Shown here: positions 1 through 8,768 of the stretch, piece by piece
Layout of the letters: the number at the start of each line of letters is the position of its first letter
Position numbering within the stretch: position 1 is the first letter of the stretch
From: a virus
Strand: one strand, 5' to 3'
Virus record (IMG/VR): IMGVR_UViG_3300030419_004148
Span: 11,526 to 75,525 of that record
DNA length: 64,000 nt
Translations under genes and position numbers: made by a program
The notes under the pieces: generated by a model
Seen by the model: only the letters and a program-made list of their open reading frames with translations
The model's database searches: none
Told to the model about the DNA's origin: nothing

Positions 1-2
1 AA

Positions 3-497
3 GCAGGATGGTATTTGCGTTGTGACATTGTATGGGCGAAACCTAACCCCATCCCTGAAAGCGTTAAAAATAGACCCACGCGCTCGCACGAGTTTATATT
101 TCTGCTGTCGAAAAATCCCCAATACTACTACGATATGGATGCCATAAGAGAACCACTGAAGAGTAAGATTGGACCAGCTGTTAATAAGAAAGGAGAAAGA
201 CAAATAGTGGGTAATCCTAAAGGAAAGAACTCAAGAGATGTGTGGTGGATAGCACCTAAATCTATTCGTAATTCACATATTGCTGTGTTCCCCCCAGAAT
301 TACCTAAGAAATGTATATTAGCTGGAACAAAACCCGGCGATATTGTATTAGACCCATTTTCAGGTAGCGGCACTACTTGTAGAGTAGCTCGTGAATTAGG
401 GAGAAAGGGAATTGGTATTGAATTGTCAGAAGAGTATCATAAACTAGCAATGAAATTAACATTTGGAGATAACAGTTCATTAGAGGATTTTCTTTGA
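3..497 (+). CDS. N4-C/N6-A DNA methyltransferase, C-terminal part (5' truncated by window)
   Basis: Frame open to the window edge (AGWYLRCDIVWAKPNP). Family motifs PESVKNRPTRSHEFIFLL and H.AVFP; SAM-binding VLDPFSGSGTT; ends NSSLEDFL (PIP-like). Confidence 0.9.
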   Translation, partial: AGWYLRCDIVWAKPNPIPESVKNRPTRSHEFIFLLSKNPQYYYDMDAIREPLKSKIGPAVNKKGERQIVGNPKGKNSRDVWWIAPKSIRNSHIAVFPPELPKKCILAGTKPGDIVLDPFSGSGTTCRVARELGRKGIGIELSEEYHKLAMKLTFGDNSSLEDFL

Positions 498-560
498 AAG
501 AAGTCCTTATATTTTTGTTCTTTTATTTCTTTTGGCAGAAAGTATTTATGGAGATGAAAA

Positions 561-1064
561 ATGAAAACTAACAATTATACAGGTAAGAATTTTGAGTGGG
601 AAGTGAGAAAATCACTGAAAGATGCTGGATGGTGGTGGTTTAGAATACAAGATACGAATGACGTATCGAGATTCGTTAAGAAAGCCATATCTGAAAAACA
701 ACCCGGCGATTTCTTTGCGGTTGCTGATGGTTTACCCATCTTAATAGAATGTAAAACTAGTAGGAATAAAACTTCTTTTCCACTTTATTATAATAAAACA
801 CCAGCAATTCCAGAACACCAGATACAATACGCATTAGATTTAGTAGATGCTGGTGGTGTTGCTTGGTTTTTAGTGAGAAGAGATGAACCTCGTAATAAAA
901 GAGTGTTTGCATTAAGTCCTCATCAAGTTAGATTAATGTATGATAGTGCCAGTAGAAAGTCAGTTAAATGGCACGTTATAGAGACTTTAGGAATAGAATT
1001 AGAAAGATTATCTAAACCTGTAAGATACGATATAACAAAACTTTTAAATACTACTTTAGGTTAA
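561..1064 (+). CDS. Holliday junction resolvase-like PD-(D/E)XK nuclease (Hjc/RecU-like)
   Basis: GKNFE...PGDFF...LIECKT motif spacing; located in the replication module. Confidence 0.75.
   Translation: MKTNNYTGKNFEWEVRKSLKDAGWWWFRIQDTNDVSRFVKKAISEKQPGDFFAVADGLPILIECKTSRNKTSFPLYYNKTPAIPEHQIQYALDLVDAGGVAWFLVRRDEPRNKRVFALSPHQVRLMYDSASRKSVKWHVIETLGIELERLSKPVRYDITKLLNTTLG
1036..1050 (+). promoter_or_regulatory. Archaeal BRE-TATA promoter
   Basis: CAAAAC-TTTTAAATA; predicted TSS about 1072. Confidence 0.55.
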
Positions 1065-1070
1065 AAAATT

Positions 1071-1160
1071 TGAGGATGCGAGGCTACACAACTGGGGTAG
1101 TCCAAACCGTTATCCAAGCAGGTGAAATTGATTCCTGTGAGCCGTCGGTAAGCATTCTCA
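1071..1160 (+). ncRNA. Candidate structured RNA or 5' leader (~90 nt)
   Basis: Terminal stem TGAGGATGC/GCATTCTCA, internal hairpins GGCTAC/GTAGTC and CAGG/CCTG; GC-rich island starting at the predicted TSS. Confidence 0.5.
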
Positions 1161-1170
1161 TTAGGTAAAT

Positions 1171-1518
1171 ATGTCATTAATTAAAGACTTTCTGGGACTC
1201 GTCGATGAAGATAGCGAAAACATAACTATAGATTCGTTATTTGATAGCGAAGTAGAAAGGTCTGTCTATGATAAATGGATTAAGATATTTACTGATTTAA
1301 AGCCAGTGGCTATAGTGCCAATGCTTGCACAAATCACTGAAACCTATAAAATGAGTAAAGAGGAAGAAATAATAGTCCTTGCTTATGTAAAATATTTTGA
1401 GATAAACATAATGAAAATTAACAAGTTTATGCAAGATGGGTTAGATGGATTAGAGGGAGTAGAAGGAAAGGGAAATGAAAATAAAAAAACTGAATACAGC
1501 GGGTCAATGTTTGGATAA
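1171..1518 (+). CDS. Hypothetical protein (ends SMFG)
   Basis: ORF track; AGGT RBS. Confidence 0.7.
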   Translation: MSLIKDFLGLVDEDSENITIDSLFDSEVERSVYDKWIKIFTDLKPVAIVPMLAQITETYKMSKEEEIIVLAYVKYFEINIMKINKFMQDGLDGLEGVEGKGNENKKTEYSGSMFG

Positions 1519-1783
1519 ACAATTCGAAAACATCTGGTCTAAGAATGGAAAGACAAAGCAAAAGTTAATGGATAAATTAAGAACTCGCAAAATAGAGCAA
1601 ACTTATGATAATTGCCGAGATTATTTTCTTGGCCGTTACGTGTGGATTGTGGACTCGAGAACTGGAAATGGAGAGCATATGAATATAAGAACAGAACAAA
1701 AAGCATTACGGAGACTAAACTATGGAACCACACGCACAATGGAGAACAAATATAGAAAGAAGAACAGAAAGCCTTACAAGTGA
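1475..1783 (+). CDS. Hypothetical basic protein (true start probably downstream)
   Basis: ORF fills the gap in the operon. Confidence 0.5.
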   Translation: MKIKKLNTAGQCLDKQFENIWSKNGKTKQKLMDKLRTRKIEQTYDNCRDYFLGRYVWIVDSRTGNGEHMNIRTEQKALRRLNYGTTRTMENKYRKKNRKPYK

Positions 1784-2030
1784 TTGGTGGCCTTTTGTTG
1801 AAAATATAAAGGAAATATTAGATAAAATGGATGAAATGCATCACGAATTTAATATGCTTGAAAACAAAGTAGATGAAACTATGGGAATGGTTAAGGGCTT
1901 GTATAAGTCTTTACATAAAGTCGGTCTATTCGATAAAGAATTTAAACTTAATTGGAAGGCTGTCGAAAAAATTAATGAGGTCATAAATGACGAAAGAAAT
2001 GAAGGAAGAGAAGAATCCACCGAAAACTGA
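1722..2030 (+). CDS. Hypothetical coiled-coil protein
   Basis: ORF track; heptad-like segment. Confidence 0.6.
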   Translation: MEPHAQWRTNIERRTESLTSDWWPFVENIKEILDKMDEMHHEFNMLENKVDETMGMVKGLYKSLHKVGLFDKEFKLNWKAVEKINEVINDERNEGREESTEN

Positions 2031-2295
2031 GCAAGAGAAAAAAGAAAGATATATGTCTTTGTTTTATGATGCCTTAGAAGAGAACAAACTCTTAAAGGGC
2101 GGAAGAACACACAGATTAAGTATAGGCGGCGTATCACTAGAGATTGTTCCTAGTGCTAAACTATCACCCCGTCAAGTATTTAATATGTATGTTGAGTTTC
2201 TAAAAGAGCTAAAAGAGTTACACGGAGATAAACACTTATTTGCTGCAGTTCCGAAGGAAGGCGCAGAAAATCCGTTTGATGGACTGTTTGGTTAG
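1987..2295 (+). CDS. Hypothetical protein (ends GLFG)
   Basis: GAGGT RBS upstream. Confidence 0.65.
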   Translation: MTKEMKEEKNPPKTEQEKKERYMSLFYDALEENKLLKGGRTHRLSIGGVSLEIVPSAKLSPRQVFNMYVEFLKELKELHGDKHLFAAVPKEGAENPFDGLFG

Positions 2296-2553
2296 ATGCG
2301 CGGAGCAAGAGACGGTGTAACACTCGGCAAATGCCAATGGTGTAATCGTAAAATAGTAGAAGGAAATTTAGAATTATTTAGTGCGATGGCTAAAATAATC
2401 AATACTAAATGGTATTGTGGTGATTGTATATATTCAATCAAACCATTAGTCGATGAAATATCTGAAAGCTATAAAGCAATGGAAGATATTACTGAAGCTT
2501 TTGGAGAGCCAGTGAGACTCGACCCTAAGACGGGTCGTTTAGTAAGAACCTAA
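2296..2553 (+). CDS. Zn-finger protein
   Basis: CQWC...CGDC. Confidence 0.6.
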   Translation: MRGARDGVTLGKCQWCNRKIVEGNLELFSAMAKIINTKWYCGDCIYSIKPLVDEISESYKAMEDITEAFGEPVRLDPKTGRLVRT

Positions 2554-2563
2554 GTTTTATATA
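2550..2563 (+). promoter_or_regulatory. TATA promoter of replication operon
   Basis: TTTATATA about 30 nt before a GGAGGT-led ATG (~2593). Confidence 0.5.
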
Positions 2564-2575
2564 CTTAGGTGATTA

Positions 2576-2791
2576 ATGAAAATGGAGGTAATTATGCCAC
2601 AACAGCAAAATAACAAATTAGATGAAATGGTTGGCCTGTTCCGTAATGAGAGCAAGAAAGGCGAGATTTATTACTCCGGAAAGACCAAAGATGGTAAAGA
2701 CGTAGTAATGTTCCGAAACTCTTATTGGGAAGAGGGAAGCAACAAGCCTTATTTCAGACTATATAACAAGGAACCACTTAGCCAAGATTGA
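2576..2791 (+). CDS. Small DUF736-like, putative ssDNA-binding protein
   Basis: GLF..ESKKG..YYSG...MFRN...KPYFRL pattern. Confidence 0.5.
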   Translation: MKMEVIMPQQQNNKLDEMVGLFRNESKKGEIYYSGKTKDGKDVVMFRNSYWEEGSNKPYFRLYNKEPLSQD

Positions 2792-3471
2792 GCTTTAGTG
2801 ATTGGATAAAGTCTGACAAAAGCGAGAGAGTCTGGTTAGAAGACTCAATGACCGCTTTAGGGCAGTTTGCGTTTGTTAACCCTTTACACAGAGTAAAACA
2901 CTATGTGCAGAGCAAAAACAGAAGAGTAGACTGCTGGGCAGAAAGAACAGGTAAGTGCATATACTGTGAAAACGGTATAATGAAGGTAAATGATTATACT
3001 TATGGTATTTTCACCGAGAAAGGAGATAATACAATAAAGTATATGGGAAGTGTAAATTTATCTACTCATACACTTATACAGAATATATTTTCAGATTTGT
3101 TTGACAATAATATAAATCCTTGTGATTTAGTTTTTGAGATAACCAAAACAAAAATTACTAATCTGAATGGTAATAAAGTTTCGGGTTATGAAATCAAACG
3201 TAGTGATGAAGAAATGTTCGTGAAGGAAGTGTTTAGACCCTCTCCACTAAACGCTTTTCAGAATATAGTGAGAGATTTCAGGTGGGTTGTTCCAGAAGAA
3301 TTGGTTGTTAAGTTAGTCGATTTAGATGGACACCCCATCAGTCTTATTGATTTATTTCTTAAAATAAAAGAGATAAGCAACATTGAAGATAATACAGCAA
3401 AAAAATATGCTATTAGACTATTAGAGAATGGAGTGGTTGACTTGAAAAAAGCTAAGGAGTTTAGAAAATGA
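2788..3471 (+). CDS. Putative Zn-binding SSB (gp32-like)
   Basis: HY...C.......C..C motif followed by OB-like strands; upstream of the helicase-like ATPase. Confidence 0.45.
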   Translation: MSFSDWIKSDKSERVWLEDSMTALGQFAFVNPLHRVKHYVQSKNRRVDCWAERTGKCIYCENGIMKVNDYTYGIFTEKGDNTIKYMGSVNLSTHTLIQNIFSDLFDNNINPCDLVFEITKTKITNLNGNKVSGYEIKRSDEEMFVKEVFRPSPLNAFQNIVRDFRWVVPEELVVKLVDLDGHPISLIDLFLKIKEISNIEDNTAKKYAIRLLENGVVDLKKAKEFRK

Positions 3472-3725
3472 ATAATAATGAAAGAGCAATAGAAATGACA
3501 CATCACTGTGTTAGAAATAATACTATACTAGAAGATATACACGCCGGTAAGTCATTACCTGACAAATATATGGAAGGTTATAGTAGGATTACTGACGAAG
3601 AGATGAAACAACTTATGCAAGAAATAATAAGTAATATTGAAACGTGTTTGGAGACACCTATTTTAGATATGATATTTGATACAGGAATCTTTAAAGCACC
3701 AAAGGAATGGACAGGAATTAGATGA
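3468..3725 (+). CDS. Hypothetical protein
   Basis: ATGA-coupled on both sides. Confidence 0.65.
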   Translation: MNNNERAIEMTHHCVRNNTILEDIHAGKSLPDKYMEGYSRITDEEMKQLMQEIISNIETCLETPILDMIFDTGIFKAPKEWTGIR

Positions 3726-5101
3726 GCCAATTTGAATTAACAGATTTAGTTAGATATTTTCATAACGTAAGAAATGAAAAAGGAGAGCACGTTCCTATCA
3801 TAGGAGAAGATAAACTTGCTGTAACAGCTGCTTTATCTTACCTATTAGAAGATACGAATTTTATGATTAACGCTTATAGTGGGACTGGTAAAACTGTCAT
3901 TATGAATGCTGTTTTTAATTTACTGAAGGATACTGGAATACCTTATGTAGTAATAGAGCAAATGTCTGAGACTGCTTTATGGTATGATATGGACAGAATT
4001 AATCAGTCTCGCTTTTTAGCAATACCAGAAGCACAAAAATGTCCAGAAGCTATTATTGAAATTTTAAAGACTTGGGCAGATGATAGAGAAGCAGTAAGAA
4101 AAAGAACTGACGTAACGATACAAGATGTTAGAGAACAAGTATTATTTCCTAAGTATGTTTTTGTATGTAAAGCTGTAGAAAATAAAAGAGGAGATGCATT
4201 TTTAGATGCTGAGTTAGAGAGACGTTATATGGTAACTCATACTAACCCAACAGTTAAACAAACCGAAGACGTTATAAAATATAAATTAGATACTTTTGCT
4301 AAACCTCACGAAGATTTAGTTACTATGGAAGATAAAGAAATAGATGCACTTAGAAAACATATTGCTGATTGTATAATAGAAAGAGATGACACTAGGGGTG
4401 TGAAAATAAGGAACCCTTGCGCTCCCTTTTTATATGATTTAATACCTACTTTATTTCCTATAGCTAGAAGTAAAGTTCATTATTATCTTAAATTAATTAA
4501 TGCCGTTGCTAGATTTTATCCCGGCGAATTAGTAAGAGTTGAAAGAGATGGTGTTACCTACGGTTTGATAACTCCTAAACATAATTGGTTAGCTACTCAA
4601 ATTTATATTGATACGTTTGTAACAGAATGTTTACAAATGCCATCACACGGAGTAGATATTTTAAAATTAATACCTGATACAGAAATTGATAAGTATGGGA
4701 TGGTTACAAGCGAAGTAATTAAAATGTCTAAGAAAGAAATACAACAAGCTGCTAGACAAGCAGGGTTACCATTTGCACAGAAAAATATTAACCCTCTTTT
4801 AACATCATTAGTTATGTTAGGATTTTTAGAACAAGATGAGGAAGATAAAAAAATATCATACTTTAAATCTGCATTAGTTAGAGAACCTAGCACAAAGATA
4901 GATTGGTCTAATTTAATGAAAGGCACACAAGCATTAATGAAAGACACTTGGCCTGAAATTGCTGATGAATATAATAAGAATTATTGCACTGAAATAGAAG
5001 TAGAAGACCCATTTACGAGGGAAAAACAAGTGTTATCTGCTGGTAAAGAAAAAGAAAAGGTGATAGATGACAAAGTTGACTACGGAGGGTGGTATGCTTA
5101 A
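3722..5101 (+). CDS. AAA+ ATPase, putative replicative helicase (MCM-like core plus C-terminal wHTH)
   Basis: Walker A YSGTGKT, degenerate Walker B FLAIPE, Arg-finger-like DAELERR, C-terminal helix-turn-helix-wing pattern. Confidence 0.65.
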   Translation: MSQFELTDLVRYFHNVRNEKGEHVPIIGEDKLAVTAALSYLLEDTNFMINAYSGTGKTVIMNAVFNLLKDTGIPYVVIEQMSETALWYDMDRINQSRFLAIPEAQKCPEAIIEILKTWADDREAVRKRTDVTIQDVREQVLFPKYVFVCKAVENKRGDAFLDAELERRYMVTHTNPTVKQTEDVIKYKLDTFAKPHEDLVTMEDKEIDALRKHIADCIIERDDTRGVKIRNPCAPFLYDLIPTLFPIARSKVHYYLKLINAVARFYPGELVRVERDGVTYGLITPKHNWLATQIYIDTFVTECLQMPSHGVDILKLIPDTEIDKYGMVTSEVIKMSKKEIQQAARQAGLPFAQKNINPLLTSLVMLGFLEQDEEDKKISYFKSALVREPSTKIDWSNLMKGTQALMKDTWPEIADEYNKNYCTEIEVEDPFTREKQVLSAGKEKEKVIDDKVDYGGWYA

Positions 5102-5375
5102 ACCATATAAACCTAAAGGTGAAATGTATGGTGTTGTAAGAGACATTAGCGGTGGTTCAAGATTAAGAGTGTTTTGTGAAGATGAAAGAAACAGAATGGT
5201 TAGAATACCCGGCAAACTAAAGAAAAAGATGTGGGTAAGAGTTGGAGACACAGTTGTTATTAAAAAATGGCCTATCCAAGAGAATGAAAAAGCTGATTTA
5301 GTTTACAGATACACAAAAACACAAAAGGAAAGATTAATAAGAGATGGAAATATACCAGAGGTGTTACAAATATGA
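5067..5375 (+). CDS. eif1a: Archaeal translation initiation factor aIF-1A (alternative start 5094)
   Basis: GEMYGVV..GGSRLRVFCED..R..RIPGKLKKKMWVRVGD..W..KAD..YRYTKTQ is the aIF-1A/eIF-1A signature. Confidence 0.92.
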   Translation: MTKLTTEGGMLKPYKPKGEMYGVVRDISGGSRLRVFCEDERNRMVRIPGKLKKKMWVRVGDTVVIKKWPIQENEKADLVYRYTKTQKERLIRDGNIPEVLQI

Positions 5376-5626
5376 GTAATAGACAAGCGTTAAACAGAGA
5401 ACAATGGTTAGATTTATTGAGAAGTTGCTCAATGCATCACAGAAAACAAGCGGAAGAAACTGCACCAACAATAATAGGACAGCAACCAACAGAAGAGCAT
5501 ATAATGCACAAAGTTTGGTCTATGTCTATAGATGAAGCAGTTGAGTTAATAGCTATTTTACCGACTACTGATGAAGAAGAGTCTGATGGCGATTTACCAC
5601 AACATAGGAAGGGACCAATAGGATGA
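5372..5626 (+). CDS. Hypothetical protein
   Basis: ATGA-coupled ORF. Confidence 0.6.
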   Translation: MSNRQALNREQWLDLLRSCSMHHRKQAEETAPTIIGQQPTEEHIMHKVWSMSIDEAVELIAILPTTDEEESDGDLPQHRKGPIG

Positions 5627-7851
5627 AAATACCATTAATTGCTATGAGTAGTAATTATACTGTCAATAGAATGACAGGTGAACAACAGATAATAGTCTGG
5701 ACTAATGGTGAGAAAAGAATAATTAAATCTCCCAGAGAGCATTATTATTACGTTCCTAACGAAGAAGGTAATGAATATAAAGTATTAGGAAGTAAAAACA
5801 GGAAATTTAAAAGACATCAGGTAAACAATGCACAAGAATTACACCCTGATAATATACCACCTTATGCTAAATTAGACGGGGTTACTAACAATGAGATAGA
5901 AAGAATTTGTATAGAGCACCCTGATTTTTTTAATCAATACCCTCATAAAAACTTAAAGAGTTTGGGATTTGATTTAGAAGTTACTTCAGCAGACGGTTCT
6001 TTTCCTTTAGGTGAGAAGCACCCTATAGTAGCTATAGGATATGTTACTAGTGACGGTCATCGTGAATCTTTATTATGGGATGGAGAAACTGATAAAGATA
6101 TTATCGAGACCTTTGCTGATTTTATTAATGATTATGACCCTGATGTAATATATGGGTATAATTTGATAGGTTACGACATACCTCAATTATTTGCTCGTGC
6201 TAAAAGGCACGGTATTAATCTTAAACCAAAACTAAACCGAGAAAATAACGCTTCATTTGGTTGGGAAACTGATTTTTCTTATCATAAAAAGACACGAATC
6301 CAAACGTGGGGTCGTGTAATTATTGATGTATATAATTTTACAAGTAGAGATTATGCTCTTGCTGGTATAAGAAAGAGATTAAAAGATGTAGCTAGGTTCT
6401 ACGGACACGACCCTATAGAATTAGATTTTAGTGAGAAAGACATTTTAGATTATGATATAGACACAGTAAATGAATATGTTTTGAGTGATTGTGATATTAC
6501 TAAATGGTTATTTAATCATTATTTTGTACAACATCAATATATTGCTGAAACTCTAGGAGTTCCTTTGGAATTATACATTAATTCAGCAGATTCATTTATA
6601 ACTAAAATATTACAAGGTAGAGATTTATACAAGAAAAAGATACTAACTATAGATAAAAATATAGATAGATACCCTGAGACTAAAAGTTTTCAAGCAGCAC
6701 ATATTGAATTATATATGCCGGGATTTCACAAAGAAAACTATAAAGTCGATTTTGCTTCTATGTATCCTAGTATAGCAATGACATTAAATTTAGGACCAGA
6801 TACTACAAAAATTATAGAATATCAAGATTATGACATTTCTAAATTTAGTTGTAAGTTTAAAAATAATTGTATGTATCTTACTATACCTGACAATGTTATA
6901 AATAAGAATGTTATAATTGAAGTAGACCAATCGTTTAAATCCGGACTTTATACTATGTGTAAAAACTTTAATCGTATGAGAGAACCATTTAAGAAAATTA
7001 AAACACACGAAGCTAAAAGTAAATCTAATGGTCTTAAGATAATGGTGAATACATTCTATGGCGCAAATACAAATCCATATATGACTTACGGAGATATATC
7101 TGTAGGAGTTGCTATCACAGGCGTTGCTCGATGGTTAATAATGGGAGCTAAAAAATTAATAGAAATGAAATATGGTGAGAATTCAGTTGTATACATTCAC
7201 ACAGATGGTATTAATACAAACAAAGATATTGACGTTGATTGGGTTAATAAAGAATTACAAAAGGGTGTTGAAAGTTTTTTTACTGGAAGTGAACCAGAAT
7301 GGGTCAAAGTAGATAAAGACGTTTTTAAAGAAGGAGTTTGGCTACAGATAGGTAATTACGTTTTAAGAAATGAAGACGGCAGTTTAACAAAACACGGCTC
7401 AACATTTAAAGCAAAGACTCGTTCTCAATTTTATTTAAAAGTTTTAAAGAAGATTACTCTTGCTAGATTAGATAATATTGTTAATGCAGAATTTGTTGAG
7501 GACTTATATGATTTTGATAATTATGTTCTAGAAGATTTTTTACAAACACGTTCTATGAATAGAAATATAGGAGATTATGTTGGTGAAAATGAATTAGTTG
7601 TTCAATTAGCAAAGCAAGGAGAAGAACTTGGTATGCGAACTGGACCCGGAACTACATTTTATTATTATAAAGCAAAAGATAAATATTTATTAGAAGAAAG
7701 TGTAGAATCTTTAAACCAAATAGATATAAAGTATCATTGGGATATTATTAATAACCTACTAAAGAAATTTGGGTTAGAAACTTGGATAAGAAAAAAACCC
7801 AGCATTACTGTAGTAGATAGAAATCAACAAAGTTTATTGGAGTTTGTATGA
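5623..7851 (+). CDS. polB: Family B DNA polymerase
   Basis: Exo FDLE, YN..GYD, YVLSD; Pol DFASMYPS, KIMVNTFYG, YIHTDG; C-terminal PIP-box QQSLLEFV. Confidence 0.95.
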   Translation: MKIPLIAMSSNYTVNRMTGEQQIIVWTNGEKRIIKSPREHYYYVPNEEGNEYKVLGSKNRKFKRHQVNNAQELHPDNIPPYAKLDGVTNNEIERICIEHPDFFNQYPHKNLKSLGFDLEVTSADGSFPLGEKHPIVAIGYVTSDGHRESLLWDGETDKDIIETFADFINDYDPDVIYGYNLIGYDIPQLFARAKRHGINLKPKLNRENNASFGWETDFSYHKKTRIQTWGRVIIDVYNFTSRDYALAGIRKRLKDVARFYGHDPIELDFSEKDILDYDIDTVNEYVLSDCDITKWLFNHYFVQHQYIAETLGVPLELYINSADSFITKILQGRDLYKKKILTIDKNIDRYPETKSFQAAHIELYMPGFHKENYKVDFASMYPSIAMTLNLGPDTTKIIEYQDYDISKFSCKFKNNCMYLTIPDNVINKNVIIEVDQSFKSGLYTMCKNFNRMREPFKKIKTHEAKSKSNGLKIMVNTFYGANTNPYMTYGDISVGVAITGVARWLIMGAKKLIEMKYGENSVVYIHTDGINTNKDIDVDWVNKELQKGVESFFTGSEPEWVKVDKDVFKEGVWLQIGNYVLRNEDGSLTKHGSTFKAKTRSQFYLKVLKKITLARLDNIVNAEFVEDLYDFDNYVLEDFLQTRSMNRNIGDYVGENELVVQLAKQGEELGMRTGPGTTFYYYKAKDKYLLEESVESLNQIDIKYHWDIINNLLKKFGLETWIRKKPSITVVDRNQQSLLEFV

Positions 7852-7979
7852 AGGAAGTAAAAGCAATACCTGTATGCCCTGATTGTAATTGCGTGATGTT
7901 TAAAAAAATATATCAATCAGATATACCAATGGAAGGATGGTCTTGCCCCGAATGCTTTATAACGAGGTGGGAACAATGA
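7848..7979 (+). CDS. Zn-ribbon microprotein (43 aa)
   Basis: Own translation MKEVKAIPVCPDCNC...WSCPECFITRWEQ; ATGA overlap with polB. Confidence 0.65.
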   Translation: MKEVKAIPVCPDCNCVMFKKIYQSDIPMEGWSCPECFITRWEQ

Positions 7980-8089
7980 AGAGTATAAAGGATATTTGGA
8001 ACTACCCTGTAAGAATGAATGAAGCAATGTGGTATATTCTTATATCTTTTTTTATGATGATATGGATGTGGATGTTTATATGGGCGTGA
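7976..8089 (+). CDS. Single-TM microprotein (37 aa)
   Basis: MKSIKDIWNYPVRMNEAMWYILISFFMMIWMWMFIWA; ATGA-coupled. Confidence 0.5.
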   Translation: MKSIKDIWNYPVRMNEAMWYILISFFMMIWMWMFIWA

Positions 8090-8093
8090 TACT

Positions 8094-8531
8094 ATGGCAA
8101 AAGTAAATGTAAAAAAGGACTACGATTGGGGACTAAAAAAAGAGAAGCAAGTGATAGACCATATTGGTGAAGCTTTAGGAAAAGGATTTGAAAAACTAGG
8201 CAAATTCGACCATTTTGATTATCTTGGATATAGAAATGGAAAACAATGTTATGTAGAAATAAAATCTAGAAGGATATCAAAAGATGCTTATGAAGAAACT
8301 ATAGTTCCAGCCTCTAAAGTAGGTAAAGCGATAGAATTAATCGGTATGGGTCATAAAGTATTTTTTGTGATTTCTTTTACTAATGGTATAAGTTATTTAG
8401 ATATGGCTAATGCTGATTTTAAACTAGGATATAATGCAAGAACTGATAGAGGAGCGTTGGAATTAAACCACTATGCTTTTATTCCGCTGCATCAATTTAA
8501 AACAGCAGAACCTTTAAATATAATGGATTAG
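8094..8531 (+). CDS. PD-(D/E)XK endonuclease-like protein
   Basis: FDHFDY...YVEIKSR. Confidence 0.65.
   Translation: MAKVNVKKDYDWGLKKEKQVIDHIGEALGKGFEKLGKFDHFDYLGYRNGKQCYVEIKSRRISKDAYEETIVPASKVGKAIELIGMGHKVFFVISFTNGISYLDMANADFKLGYNARTDRGALELNHYAFIPLHQFKTAEPLNIMD
8505..8520 (+). promoter_or_regulatory. BRE-TATA promoter
   Basis: GCAGAACC-TTTAAATA upstream of the GAGGTG-led ORF at 8564. Confidence 0.55.
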
Positions 8532-8563
8532 TATATTAATAAGTATACCGAGGTGGTATAAAA

Positions 8564-8758
8564 ATGGAAAATGAAAATGATAAAAAATTAGCATCCTTTC
8601 TTAAAGACGCAGAAGTAAAAGTTGTGTGGCGAGAAGAGGACAAAACAAAGGTCGGACGTGGACGTATAGTGAATGACGATGAGAATTTTATTTACCTTAC
8701 AGGTGAAAAGGGAACAGTCATAGTGAGTAAAAGCGACGTAATCGCAATAAAGCAGTGA
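8564..8758 (+). CDS. Sm/Hfq-like fold small protein
   Basis: Short helix plus beta strands: VKVVW..GRIVNDDENFIYL..VIVSKSDVIAI. Confidence 0.5.
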   Translation: MENENDKKLASFLKDAEVKVVWREEDKTKVGRGRIVNDDENFIYLTGEKGTVIVSKSDVIAIKQ

Positions 8759-8768
8759 GAGTAAAATA

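Noticed and set aside
1071-1160. tRNA, or hammerhead or other known ribozyme
   Set aside because: No TTCGA T-loop or cloverleaf, and no CTGANGA/GAAA core in the correct arrangement.
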